Notes under the pieces: generated by a model
Told to the model about the DNA's origin: nothing
Databases searched by the model: none
The model's input: only the letters and a program-made list of their open reading frames with translations
Made by a program: the position numbers and the translations under genes
From: Lachnospiraceae bacterium
GTDB taxonomy: Bacteria; Bacillota; Clostridia; Lachnospirales; Lachnospiraceae
DNA length: 64,000 nucleotides
Assembly: GCA_017940415.1 (NCBI GenBank)
Contig: JAGAYR010000012.1
Coordinates: 4,723 to 68,722, forward strand
Direction: 5' to 3'
Part shown: piece by piece, positions 8,293-18,103 of the stretch
How the letters are laid out: each line of letters begins with the position of its first letter
Position numbering within the stretch: position 1 is the stretch's first letter

Positions 8293-10551
8293 ATGGCTGG
8301 TAACGGCGTGCTCTACACTCCGGACCAAAGGTTCGAGATACAAGAGGGCAAAAAAAAGGGCCTGAACACAACGGTTTATGAAGACCCCGGCTTCCTGGCG
8401 ATACAGATGAGAGAGATCCGTCTGGCCTTGGAAAAAGGTCTTGATGTTAGTGCGCTCAGAAACCCTGAACTTGACTGGCTTCAGATGGGAGAGATCCGTC
8501 TGGGACTTGAAAGCAAGGTTGATATAAGCCGCTATGCCAAGCCGGAGATTTCTTATCACGCAATGCGCCAGATCAGAAAAGGTCTGGAGAGCGGCATCGA
8601 CATATCCGGATTCCTGGATTATCCGCCTATGATCGTCCGTCAGATTCGCAAATCGAGACGAGACGGCGTAGACATCATGAAATATGTCGGGGAGGGATAC
8701 AAAGAAGATCAGCTGGAGCAGATCCGTATCGCTCTCACGAGAAAAATACCCATTGAACAGTACCTGAAAGTTGAATTCAGAGCTCCCTCCATCGGAGAGT
8801 TCAGAGCCGGTCTGGAAAAGGGCCTTGATATAACCCCCTATGTCAACACCGTGTATGAGTGGAGACAGATGAGGGAGATAAGGCTCGGCCTGGAAAAGAG
8901 AATCGATACTTCTCTTTATTCGAATCCTTATTTCCATGCGCGACAGATGAGGGAGATAAGACTCGGACTTGAAGAAGGTCTTGATGTAAGCTCTTATGCC
9001 CATATACGTTTTTCCGCCGCGGACATGAAGTCCATGAGGGAGAAACTGAGGGAAGAAGTATCAAGAGCTGCACAGATTTCCGAGACATCGGATTCCATAG
9101 ATTTCGAGAAACTCGGGAAGCTCATTGAAGAAGATCCCCTTGCTGAGATCGGACTTCCTTTCAAGATAGTTGTTTCTCCCGACGGGATGGAAGCATATCT
9201 GTCCATTGCCAATTTAAACAACAGACCTACCGAGGATGAAGTCCTCAAAGAACTCTGGGCGTGCAAGATCAGAAAGGGAATTCTCCGCAAAGAGATCACC
9301 AAAGCATGTGACGGAACATATGAAGAAGACACCGTTCTTATCGCGGTCGGTAAAAACGTGGAAAACGGACGCGACGGATGGTATGAGTACTTTTTTAAGA
9401 CGGACGTAAACAGAAAGCCCAAACTGCTGCCCGACGGATCGGTTGATTACCATGACATAGAATGGTATGACGCGGTCAAGAAAGGTGATAAGCTGGCTTT
9501 CTATCATAAAGCTGAGGACGGAATCGACGGTTACGATGTCGAAGGCAACATCCTCAAGTCCACCAGGGGCAAGGAACAGACGATCCTGTCAGGCAACGGA
9601 TTCCAGATGGATTCCGACAGATGCACCTACTACGCCAAGATAGACGGAATGGTCAAGCTTGACGGAGACAGGCTGGAAGTAAGCGAGATGCTGGAGGTTG
9701 ATGAGATCAATTCCTCCATAGGAAACATCGTCTTCAACGGATCCGTGCATGTAAGAGGCAATGTTGGTGCCGGAGTTACCATCAGGGCAGGCAAGGACAT
9801 TATCGTCGACGGTTTCATTGAAGGAGCGACTCTGGAGGCAGCCGGGGAGATCATTCTCAGAAAGGGAATGAACGGTTCCGGTAAGGGCAAGATAAAGGCC
9901 GGCGGAAACGTAACAGCCAAGTTCCTGGAATCCGCAGACGTTTATGCGGGCGGAATGATACATATCGACTACTCCATGAACAGCATCCTGTATTCCGAGG
10001 AGACAGTCGAAGCCAAACTCAGAAACGGTACCATAGTCGGTGGTGTATGTACCGGAGTAAAGGGAGTATCGGCCCAGAATATCGGAACCAAAGCGGCGGT
10101 TCAGACCACCATACGTGCAGGTTCGTCAACCGCACTTATGAAACTCAATAATGAAATATACAGGCAGCTGAGCAGCACAAAGGAAGAAATCAGGATCCTG
10201 GAAAATGTCCGCAGGGAGATGGAAGCGAAGCTGAATGCCGAACAGCTTGCGGAGCAGCCTGTTTACGAGAAAGTCCAGAACGCCCTGTATACGAAGGGCA
10301 AAGAATCGGAAGAACTTGTTGCCAAGCAGGAAGAGGTAAGGGCAAGGCTCATGGAACTGAGCAGGGCGGTCATAGAAGCCAAGGGCACCATATATGACGG
10401 CGTTAAAGTCTGGCTCGGTGAAGTTTCCTGGAACAGTGAAAAGGACCTTACGGATGTGACGCTCCGCAAGGTGAGAAAAGGTTCGGAAGAAAAAGTCTTT
10501 GCGTACCACAATAGTAAAGATCCCAAAGACCCCGATGCGATCATAGAATAG
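8293..10551 (+). CDS. FapA/DUF342 family protein with N-terminal tandem repeats
   Basis: PKLLPDGSVDY, GNIVFNGSVHVRGNV beta-helix and coiled coil typical of DUF342; N-terminal QMREIRLGLExGLD repeats. Confidence 0.85.
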   Translation: MAGNGVLYTPDQRFEIQEGKKKGLNTTVYEDPGFLAIQMREIRLALEKGLDVSALRNPELDWLQMGEIRLGLESKVDISRYAKPEISYHAMRQIRKGLESGIDISGFLDYPPMIVRQIRKSRRDGVDIMKYVGEGYKEDQLEQIRIALTRKIPIEQYLKVEFRAPSIGEFRAGLEKGLDITPYVNTVYEWRQMREIRLGLEKRIDTSLYSNPYFHARQMREIRLGLEEGLDVSSYAHIRFSAADMKSMREKLREEVSRAAQISETSDSIDFEKLGKLIEEDPLAEIGLPFKIVVSPDGMEAYLSIANLNNRPTEDEVLKELWACKIRKGILRKEITKACDGTYEEDTVLIAVGKNVENGRDGWYEYFFKTDVNRKPKLLPDGSVDYHDIEWYDAVKKGDKLAFYHKAEDGIDGYDVEGNILKSTRGKEQTILSGNGFQMDSDRCTYYAKIDGMVKLDGDRLEVSEMLEVDEINSSIGNIVFNGSVHVRGNVGAGVTIRAGKDIIVDGFIEGATLEAAGEIILRKGMNGSGKGKIKAGGNVTAKFLESADVYAGGMIHIDYSMNSILYSEETVEAKLRNGTIVGGVCTGVKGVSAQNIGTKAAVQTTIRAGSSTALMKLNNEIYRQLSSTKEEIRILENVRREMEAKLNAEQLAEQPVYEKVQNALYTKGKESEELVAKQEEVRARLMELSRAVIEAKGTIYDGVKVWLGEVSWNSEKDLTDVTLRKVRKGSEEKVFAYHNSKDPKDPDAIIE
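8314..9045 (+). repeat. Nine (plus one partial) ~26-aa coding tandem repeats
   Basis: Consensus QMREIRLGLEKGLDISxY; identical 19-mer gacagatgagggagataag at 8864 and 8942 (78-nt period). Confidence 0.9.
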
Positions 10552-10588
10552 CTCTTAAGTATCGGAATTAACGTCAAGAGGCTGGCAT

Positions 10589-11701
10589 ATGGCAGGTAAA
10601 ATACTGATCATTACCGGAAAACTGGTTGAGAGGGAAGAACTCTCCGACATACTGAAAGATAATTACGAAGTCATCTGCGCTTCAAACGGCGAAGAGGGCA
10701 GAAAACATCTTTTGGAAAACGGAGCAAATCTGGAGTGCGTATTTATAAGAGCGGATCTTCCGGGTATCTCCGGAGATGCCCTTGTTAAAGCTGCATCAGA
10801 AAGCGGTCTTACCAGAAAGGTTCCCTTCATAGTAATTGAAGGAGAGGATGATCCCGACACTCCGAGTTCATGGTTTGAGATGGGAGTTATGGATTTTGCC
10901 AGAAAGCCTTTCAGATCCAAGCCCATCAGAAGAAGAGTCGAGAATCTCTCAAGAATAGTCAAAAAGCAGGCCGCGTCATCGGTCAAGCTGGGAACTCAGG
11001 ACGAGACTCTCAAGAAACAGTTTAAGCTTCTGTCACTTCAGTCCGAAGAGCTGAAGAAAAGCAGAAACCTGCTGATGGCATCTTTAGGCTCTATAGTCGA
11101 AGACAGAAACCTGGAGCATTCGGATCACATCATGCACGTCAAAGAGTTTACCAAGATACTTGGACTTCAGATGATGCAGGATTATCCGGATCTGGGACTT
11201 ACCAAAGAGAAGGTTGAAGTATACTCCATCGCAAGTATGCTCCATGACATAGGCAAGATCAGCCTTCCGGATAATGTTATCTTAAAGCCCGGAAGACTTA
11301 CCCCCGAAGAGCAGGAACTTATGAAGTCCCATACTTCAAAGGGATGCGAACTTCTTGAAGGCATAAAGAACTATATCAGCAAGGATTATTTCAGTGCCGC
11401 GTATGATATCTGCAAATATCATCACGAGAAGTATGACGGCGGCGGATATCCTTACGGATTGAGCGGAGATGATATTCCACTTTCTGCACAGATAGTCGGT
11501 ATTGCGGATATATACGACGGACTGGTCAGCGAGAGAATATATAAAAAGGCATTGCCCAAGAGCAGGGCGTTTGAGCTTATCATATCCGGGGAATGCGGTG
11601 TATTCGCACCCAAGGTTATGGAATCCTTCAGAAAAAGCCGTGAGAAATTTGAAGCCCTTATCGACCAGACCGAAATGGAACTGGCTGATTCGGACGATTG
11701 A
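10589..11701 (+). CDS. Receiver-like domain + HD-GYP phosphodiesterase (RpfG-like)
   Basis: LHDIGK, HHEKYDGGGYP, ADIYD; N-terminal REC fold ending in DFARKPF. Confidence 0.9.
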   Translation: MAGKILIITGKLVEREELSDILKDNYEVICASNGEEGRKHLLENGANLECVFIRADLPGISGDALVKAASESGLTRKVPFIVIEGEDDPDTPSSWFEMGVMDFARKPFRSKPIRRRVENLSRIVKKQAASSVKLGTQDETLKKQFKLLSLQSEELKKSRNLLMASLGSIVEDRNLEHSDHIMHVKEFTKILGLQMMQDYPDLGLTKEKVEVYSIASMLHDIGKISLPDNVILKPGRLTPEEQELMKSHTSKGCELLEGIKNYISKDYFSAAYDICKYHHEKYDGGGYPYGLSGDDIPLSAQIVGIADIYDGLVSERIYKKALPKSRAFELIISGECGVFAPKVMESFRKSREKFEALIDQTEMELADSDD

Positions 11702-11712
11702 CAGGAGAGTGT

Positions 11713-13302
11713 ATGGAAGCAAGACAGATTATTGACGCGGGTACGGCAATACTCGGAATCGAATTCGGTTCCACCAGGATCAAGAGCGTTCTTACGGACG
11801 CATCACACAACATTTTGGCAACCGGTATCTATGATTGGGAAAACTCCCTCGTAGACGGTATCTGGACTTATCCCATGGATGAGATCATAAAGGGAATGCG
11901 CGGAAGCTATGCATCACTTGTTTCTGATGTTAATGAGAAATATCAGACAAGTATAGTGAAGCTTTCCGCAATCGGAATCAGTGCCATGATGCACGGATAC
12001 CTTCCTTTCGATAAAGACGGAAAGCAGCTTGCAGAGTTCAGAACCTGGAGAAACACCATGACTGCTGAGGCAGCAGGCGTACTTTCCAAGGAATTTAATT
12101 TCAATATTCCCCAGAGATGGAGCATCGCTCACCTCTATCAGGCTATTCTCTCCGGCGAGGATCACGTAGGTAATATTTCATTCCTCACAACACTTGCAGG
12201 TTATATCCATTTCCGCCTTACCGGCGAAAAGAATATGGGTGTCGGAGAAGCATCCGGAATGTTCCCCATCGATCCCGTAACCTGTGATTATGACGCTAAG
12301 ATGATCGCATCATTCGATGCACTCATCGCAGATAAAGGTTTTTCCTGGAAGATCAAAGATATTCTTCCCAAGGTTCTTAAGGCCGGCGAGAAGGCAGGAA
12401 CCCTTACCGCAGAAGGCGCGGAGCTTCTGGACGAGAGTGGAACACTTCAGGCAGGTGCAGTATTTGCTCCCTGTGAGGGCGATGCAGGAACCGGAATGTG
12501 TGCAACCAATGCGGTAAAGCCCGGAACAGGTAATATCTCTGCCGGAACCAGCGTATTCTCAATGGTTGTTCTCAAAGACAACCTCAGCAAACCTCACGAA
12601 GAGATTGATGTGGTAACCACTCCCGAGGGACTTCCCGTAGCGATGGTTCACTGCAACAACTGCTCATCCGATATCAACGCCTGGGTCAAGCTCTTTGCCG
12701 ATTTTGCCAAGGTAATGGGACTTGAAGTAAATGTGGGCGATATCTATACCAAGCTTTTCACCGACGCTTACAAAAACGGTGCAAAAGATTGCGGCGGAGT
12801 CTTAAGCATCAACTATTTCTCCGGTGAACCCGTAACAGGACTCGTAAACGGAAGACCTATGGTGGTCAGAACTCCCGATGCGGACTTCTCTATGGCAAAC
12901 TTCATGCGTAGCAATATCTACAGCGCATTTGCAACACTTAAGTACGGTAACGACATTCTTTCGCGCGAGGAGAATGTTAAGACGGAAGTAATGATGGCAC
13001 AGGGCGGACTCTTTAAGACTCCTCTTGCAGCTCAGCAGATGCTTGCCGATGCACTTGATTGCCCCGTCACCGTACCTGATACCGCTTCCGAAGGCGGCGC
13101 ATGGGGAATGGCAGTACTTGCCGCTTTTGTTCTTAACAAAGAAAACGGCGAGAGCCTTGGCGATTACCTTGAAAAGAAGGTATTCTCCGGCCAGGGTCAG
13201 AAGACATTAAATCCCGATCCTGAGGGGGTTAAGGGATTTGATATATATCTTGACGGATATAAGAAAGCACTTAAAGCAGAAAAGATAGTAGCTGATTCAT
13301 AA
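11713..13302 (+). CDS. FGGY-family pentulose kinase (probable L-ribulokinase)
   Basis: LGIEFGSTRIK, FRTWRNT, EGDAGTGM, EGGAWG; adjacent to araD; RBS AGGAG before ATG 11713. Confidence 0.88.
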   Translation: MEARQIIDAGTAILGIEFGSTRIKSVLTDASHNILATGIYDWENSLVDGIWTYPMDEIIKGMRGSYASLVSDVNEKYQTSIVKLSAIGISAMMHGYLPFDKDGKQLAEFRTWRNTMTAEAAGVLSKEFNFNIPQRWSIAHLYQAILSGEDHVGNISFLTTLAGYIHFRLTGEKNMGVGEASGMFPIDPVTCDYDAKMIASFDALIADKGFSWKIKDILPKVLKAGEKAGTLTAEGAELLDESGTLQAGAVFAPCEGDAGTGMCATNAVKPGTGNISAGTSVFSMVVLKDNLSKPHEEIDVVTTPEGLPVAMVHCNNCSSDINAWVKLFADFAKVMGLEVNVGDIYTKLFTDAYKNGAKDCGGVLSINYFSGEPVTGLVNGRPMVVRTPDADFSMANFMRSNIYSAFATLKYGNDILSREENVKTEVMMAQGGLFKTPLAAQQMLADALDCPVTVPDTASEGGAWGMAVLAAFVLNKENGESLGDYLEKKVFSGQGQKTLNPDPEGVKGFDIYLDGYKKALKAEKIVADS

Positions 13303-13326
13303 ACTGCTGTCGGACAGGGGAAAACA

Positions 13327-14025
13327 ATGCTCGAAGAATTGAAACAAAAAGTATGTGAAGCTAATCTGCAGCTTCCGAAACACGGACTGGTTACATTCAC
13401 ATGGGGTAATGTCAGCCAGATCGACCATGAAAAAGGTCTCATAGTCATAAAACCCAGCGGAGTTCCCTACGAGACCATGAAGCCCTCAGATATGGTGGTT
13501 GTAGATCTGGAGGGAAATGTGGTGGAAGGAGACCTTAATCCTTCATCCGATATGCCTACTCATGTAGAACTCTACAAGGCATTTCCCGAAATAGGAGGAG
13601 TGGTTCATACACATTCGACCCATGCAACCAGCTGGGCTCAGTCGGGAATGGACATTCCCTGCTACGGAACAACTCACGCCGATTATATATACGGCCCTGT
13701 TCCCTGCCTCAGATGTCTCACTGCCGAAGAGATCGATCAGGCGTATGAAAAAAATACCGGTGTACTGATAGTCGACTATTTCAAGAACTCCGGAAGAGAT
13801 CCCATGGCGGTGCCCGCCGTTCTGTGTAAAAATCACGGCCCCTTTACATGGGGTAAGGACGGTATGGATGCGGTACATAATGCCGTAGTTCTCGAAGAAG
13901 TTGCCAAGATGGCTTACATGGCACGTCTCATTAATCCCGAGATACAGCCTGCGCCTCAGGAACTTCAGGACAAACACTATCTTAGAAAGCATGGTCCGAA
14001 TGCATATTACGGACAGAAAAAATAA
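13327..14025 (+). CDS. araD: L-ribulose-5-phosphate 4-epimerase
   Basis: FTWGNVS, IKPSGV, PSSD, HTHS, GTTHAD, HYLRKHG. Confidence 0.95.
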   Translation: MLEELKQKVCEANLQLPKHGLVTFTWGNVSQIDHEKGLIVIKPSGVPYETMKPSDMVVVDLEGNVVEGDLNPSSDMPTHVELYKAFPEIGGVVHTHSTHATSWAQSGMDIPCYGTTHADYIYGPVPCLRCLTAEEIDQAYEKNTGVLIVDYFKNSGRDPMAVPAVLCKNHGPFTWGKDGMDAVHNAVVLEEVAKMAYMARLINPEIQPAPQELQDKHYLRKHGPNAYYGQKK

Positions 14026-14055
14026 CGCAGAATAATCTGCAAAAAAGGAGAGAAA

Positions 14056-14883
14056 ATGGACAACCTTCAGCTCAAGAAATATGCCAACGAAGTACGTAAA
14101 GGCATAGTAACCTCAACACACAGCGCTAAAGCGGGACATCCCGGCGGATCACTCTCGGCTGCAGATGTTTTCACATTCCTTTATTTCGAGGAGATGAACA
14201 TCGATCCTAAGAATCCCGAAAAAGAAGACCGTGACAGATTCGTTCTTTCCAAGGGCCACACTGCACCTGGTCTTTATGCTGCACTTGCCAACAGAGGATA
14301 TTTCCCCGTAGAAGATCTTAAGACTCTCAGAAAGCTCGGATCATACCTTCAGGGACATCCCAATATGCATATTCCCGGAGTCGACATGGCATCCGGATCC
14401 CTCGGACAGGGAATCAGCGCTGCAGTTGGTATGGCGCTTGGCGCTAAACTTGATAATAAGGACTTCAGAGTATATACCCTTCTCGGAGACGGTGAGATCC
14501 AGGAAGGCCAGGTTTGGGAAGCAGCAATGTTTGCAGGATTCCGCAAGCTTGATAATCTCGTAGTCATCGTAGATAATAACGGACTTCAGATCGACGGACC
14601 CGTAGATAAGGTATGTTCACCTTATCCCATCGCCGACAAGTTCAAGGCATTTAATTTCAATGTTGTTGAGATTGACGGACATGATTTCGACCAGATCCGC
14701 AGCGCTTTCAATAATGCAAAGGAAACCAAGGGCATGCCTACCTGCATCATCCTTCACACCGTAAAGGGTAAGGGCGTTTCCTTCATGGAAAACAATGCTG
14801 ACTGGCACGGCAAGGCTCCCAATGACGAGGAGTATGCTACCGCTATGGCAGATCTTGCTAAGATCGATGCTGAACTTGCATAA
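14056..14883 (+). CDS. Transketolase, N-terminal subunit
   Basis: GHPGGSLS, LSKGH, GSLGQG, GDGE...N TPP motif. Confidence 0.95.
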   Translation: MDNLQLKKYANEVRKGIVTSTHSAKAGHPGGSLSAADVFTFLYFEEMNIDPKNPEKEDRDRFVLSKGHTAPGLYAALANRGYFPVEDLKTLRKLGSYLQGHPNMHIPGVDMASGSLGQGISAAVGMALGAKLDNKDFRVYTLLGDGEIQEGQVWEAAMFAGFRKLDNLVVIVDNNGLQIDGPVDKVCSPYPIADKFKAFNFNVVEIDGHDFDQIRSAFNNAKETKGMPTCIILHTVKGKGVSFMENNADWHGKAPNDEEYATAMADLAKIDAELA

Positions 14884-14934
14884 ATAACAAACATTAAAAT
14901 TACAAATGCCTATTAAGGCGTGAAAGGGATAAAA

Positions 14935-15873
14935 ATGGCAGACGTTAAAAAGATTGCAACCAGAGAGAGCTACGGAAACGCTCTCAAGGAACTGGCAGAG
15001 GAATTTCCTCAGCTCGTAGTACTTGATGCTGACCTTGCAGGCGCAACCAAGACAGGAATCTTCAAGAAAGCATATCCTGACAGACATATTGACTGCGGTA
15101 TCGCAGAATCCAACATGATGGGCATCGCAGCCGGACTTTCACTTACCGGAAAGATCCCCTTCGCAAGCTCTTTCGCTATGTTCGCTGCAGGCAGAGCTTT
15201 TGAGCAGGTAAGAAACTCCATCGGATATCCTCATCTCAATGTTAAGATCGGCGCTACCCACGCAGGTATCACCGTAGGTGAGGACGGAGCTTCCCACCAG
15301 TGTAACGAGGATATCGCTCTTATGAGAACCATTCCCGGAATGGTAGTCATGGTTCCTTCAGACGATATCGAGGCTAAGGCAGCCGTCAGAGCAGCTCTTG
15401 AGCACGAGGGACCTGTTTACATCAGATTCGGCCGTGCTGCAGTTCCCGTTATCAACGATAAGCCCGATTACAAGTTCGAGATCGGTAAGGGACAGCTTGT
15501 AAGAGAAGGCAAGGACGTTACCATAGTAGCAACCGGTATCATGGTAGATTCCGCTATCGGAGCAGCCGAGAAGCTGGCAGCAGAGGGAATCGATGCCGAG
15601 ATCATCAATATCTGCACTATCAAGCCCATTGACAAGGATATTATAATAAAGAGTGCTCAGAAGACAGGCAAGGTTGTTACATGCGAAGAGCATTCCGTTA
15701 TCGGCGGACTTGGATCTGCAGTATGTGAAGTACTTGCTGATGAGTATCCCGTTAAGGTTAAGAGAATCGGTATGCAGGATGTATTCGGAGAGTCCGGATC
15801 TGCATCGGAACTTACCCACAAATACGGATTGGATGCTGAAGGCGTATACAAGCAGGTCAAGGAGTTTGTCTAA
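14935..15873 (+). CDS. Transketolase, C-terminal subunit
   Basis: GIAESNM, GEDGASHQ, EEHSVIGGLG. Confidence 0.95.
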   Translation: MADVKKIATRESYGNALKELAEEFPQLVVLDADLAGATKTGIFKKAYPDRHIDCGIAESNMMGIAAGLSLTGKIPFASSFAMFAAGRAFEQVRNSIGYPHLNVKIGATHAGITVGEDGASHQCNEDIALMRTIPGMVVMVPSDDIEAKAAVRAALEHEGPVYIRFGRAAVPVINDKPDYKFEIGKGQLVREGKDVTIVATGIMVDSAIGAAEKLAAEGIDAEIINICTIKPIDKDIIIKSAQKTGKVVTCEEHSVIGGLGSAVCEVLADEYPVKVKRIGMQDVFGESGSASELTHKYGLDAEGVYKQVKEFV

Positions 15874-16554
15874 ATGAAAAAAATCCTGGCGCCCTCCATA
15901 CTGGCAGCTGACTTCACCGTGCTCGGTGAACAGATAAAGGCAGCTTCCGAGGGTGGAGCACCATATCTTCATGTAGATGTAATGGACGGGATGTTTGTCC
16001 CGTCCATATCCTTCGGGATGCCGGTGATGGCATCCGCAAGGAAGTGTACCGACATGTTTTTCGATGTTCATGTTATGATCGAAAAGCCTGACAGATACAT
16101 TGAAACCTTTGCCGAGTGCGGAGCTGACGGCATTACTTTTCACGTTGAGGCCGATCCCGACAATGTAGGAGAGACGCTGAAACACATTCATGAGACGAAG
16201 AGCTTAAGAGGCGTGCCTTTAAAGGCAGGAGTAGCCATTAAGCCCGGAACTCCCATCAGTGCTGTGATGCCCTATGTTAAGGATGTGGATGTGATAATGG
16301 TAATGACTGTCGAACCGGGATTCGGAGGACAGAAACTCATACCCGAGACCATCGATAAGGTCAGGGCACTGAGGTCATTTCTTGATTCGGAAGGACTTGC
16401 TGTGGATATCGAAGTAGACGGCGGAATCTCATCGTCGAATGTTTCCGGTATCGTTAAGGCAGGTGCCAATGTAGTTGTAGCGGGGTCTTCGGTTTTCAAG
16501 GGGGATATTAAAGCGAACGTTTCCGAACTGATCGATTTAATGGATGAAAACTGA
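15874..16554 (+). CDS. rpe: Ribulose-phosphate 3-epimerase
   Basis: APSILAADF, HVDVMDG, MTVEPGFGGQ, EVDGG. Confidence 0.95.
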   Translation: MKKILAPSILAADFTVLGEQIKAASEGGAPYLHVDVMDGMFVPSISFGMPVMASARKCTDMFFDVHVMIEKPDRYIETFAECGADGITFHVEADPDNVGETLKHIHETKSLRGVPLKAGVAIKPGTPISAVMPYVKDVDVIMVMTVEPGFGGQKLIPETIDKVRALRSFLDSEGLAVDIEVDGGISSSNVSGIVKAGANVVVAGSSVFKGDIKANVSELIDLMDEN

Positions 16555-16624
16555 AACAAATAGTAAGACGGGTACAAATACAGAAAATTGAGAAATATAA
16601 AAAGGTTGAAAGGGTTAGTTTAAG

Positions 16625-18031
16625 ATGGGTGGTTTTTTCGGAGTAGCGGCAAAAGAAAATTGTGTGTTTGATCTGTTTTTCGGAACGGATTATCATTCAC
16701 ATCTCGGAACCCGCAGAGGCGGATTGGTAGTATACGGTAAGGAAGGATTCAATCGTGCGATCCACAATATAGAGAATTCACCCTTCAGGACAAAATTCGA
16801 TAAAGATATTCAGGAAATGGACGGATACATGGGTATCGGTTCCATATCCGATTATGAGCCTCAGCCCCTTATCATTCATTCACATCACGGTACTTATGCA
16901 CTTGTAACCGTAAGCAAAGTAAACAATTCGGATGAGCTGGCTAAGAATCTCATTGACAGAGGCTTAAGCCACTTCATGGAGATGAGTTCCGGCGAGATCA
17001 ATGCAACCGAGCTTATCGCAGCGCTGATCAATACCAAAGAGAATCTTATCGACGGTATCAATTATGCACTTGAATCGATAGACGGAAGCGTATCGCTTCT
17101 CATGCTCACTCCCAAGGGAATCTATGCCGCAAGAGATAAGGCCGGAAGAACTCCCGTTGTTGTAGGTAAGAAGGATGGAGCTTTTTGTCTTTCTTTTGAA
17201 AACTTTGCTTATAAAAATCTCGGATATAACGATTACAAAGAACTCGGACCCGGCGAGATCGTATGCGTAACCGATTCCAACTGTGTAACTCTTAAGGCAC
17301 CCGGAGACAAGATGAAGATCTGTACATTCCTCTGGGTATATTACGGATATCCTTCAAGCTCATACGAAGGAATGTCTGTTGAGAAGATGCGTTACAACAA
17401 CGGTGCGGCAATGGCAGGCAGAGATGATGTCAAAGCCGATATCGTAGCGGGTGTCCCTGATTCCGGAACCGCACATGCCGTAGGATATGCCAATAAATCG
17501 GGTATTCCTTTCTCAAGACCTTTTATTAAATACACACCTACCTGGCCCAGATCATTCATGCCCACCATTCAGAGCAAGCGTGACCTGATCGCCAAGATGA
17601 AACTGCTTGCTGTCGAGGAACTTATCAGAGACAGAAGCATTATCCTCATCGATGATTCCATCGTAAGAGGAACCCAGCTCAGAGAGACCACGGAGTTTTT
17701 GTACAAGTCCGGTGCAAAGGAAGTCCATGTAAGACCTGCATGTCCTCCTCTCGTATACGGATGTAAGTACCTTAACTTCTCAAGATCAAAGTCTGAGATG
17801 GATCTTATCACCAGAAGAGTTATCGAAAGACTCGAAGGCGGTAATGTAACGGAAGAAGTTCTTAAGCAGTACGCTGATCCCGACACCGAGAAGTACGCGG
17901 CAATGATCGAGGAGATTCGCAAGGAGATGAATTTCACTTCACTCAGATATGCGCGTCTTGACGATATGCTCGATTCAACGGGACTTCCTCACGATAAACT
18001 CTGCACCTACTGCTGGGACGGAGTAGAGTAA
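16625..18031 (+). CDS. purF: Amidophosphoribosyltransferase-like protein (no N-terminal Cys)
   Basis: VPDSG, IDDSIVRGT PRPP motif, C-terminal CTYC; N-terminus MGGFFG. Confidence 0.85.
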   Translation: MGGFFGVAAKENCVFDLFFGTDYHSHLGTRRGGLVVYGKEGFNRAIHNIENSPFRTKFDKDIQEMDGYMGIGSISDYEPQPLIIHSHHGTYALVTVSKVNNSDELAKNLIDRGLSHFMEMSSGEINATELIAALINTKENLIDGINYALESIDGSVSLLMLTPKGIYAARDKAGRTPVVVGKKDGAFCLSFENFAYKNLGYNDYKELGPGEIVCVTDSNCVTLKAPGDKMKICTFLWVYYGYPSSSYEGMSVEKMRYNNGAAMAGRDDVKADIVAGVPDSGTAHAVGYANKSGIPFSRPFIKYTPTWPRSFMPTIQSKRDLIAKMKLLAVEELIRDRSIILIDDSIVRGTQLRETTEFLYKSGAKEVHVRPACPPLVYGCKYLNFSRSKSEMDLITRRVIERLEGGNVTEEVLKQYADPDTEKYAAMIEEIRKEMNFTSLRYARLDDMLDSTGLPHDKLCTYCWDGVE

Positions 18032-18103
18032 TTCAGGCGGGATAAAGTTCTGAAAACACCTTTCATTATCGAGGGGACATTTTAAAGATAGAGAGGTAAA
18101 GGT

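Noticed and set aside
8314-9045. Repeats as a CRISPR array or as MshEN c-di-GMP motifs
   Set aside because: They are degenerate coding repeats with no unique spacers. The RLG is shared with MshEN, but the spacing does not fit RLGxxLLxxGLI.
14056-15873. Split transketolase and short ProRS (47110-48543) as anomalies
   Set aside because: Both forms are common in Clostridia.
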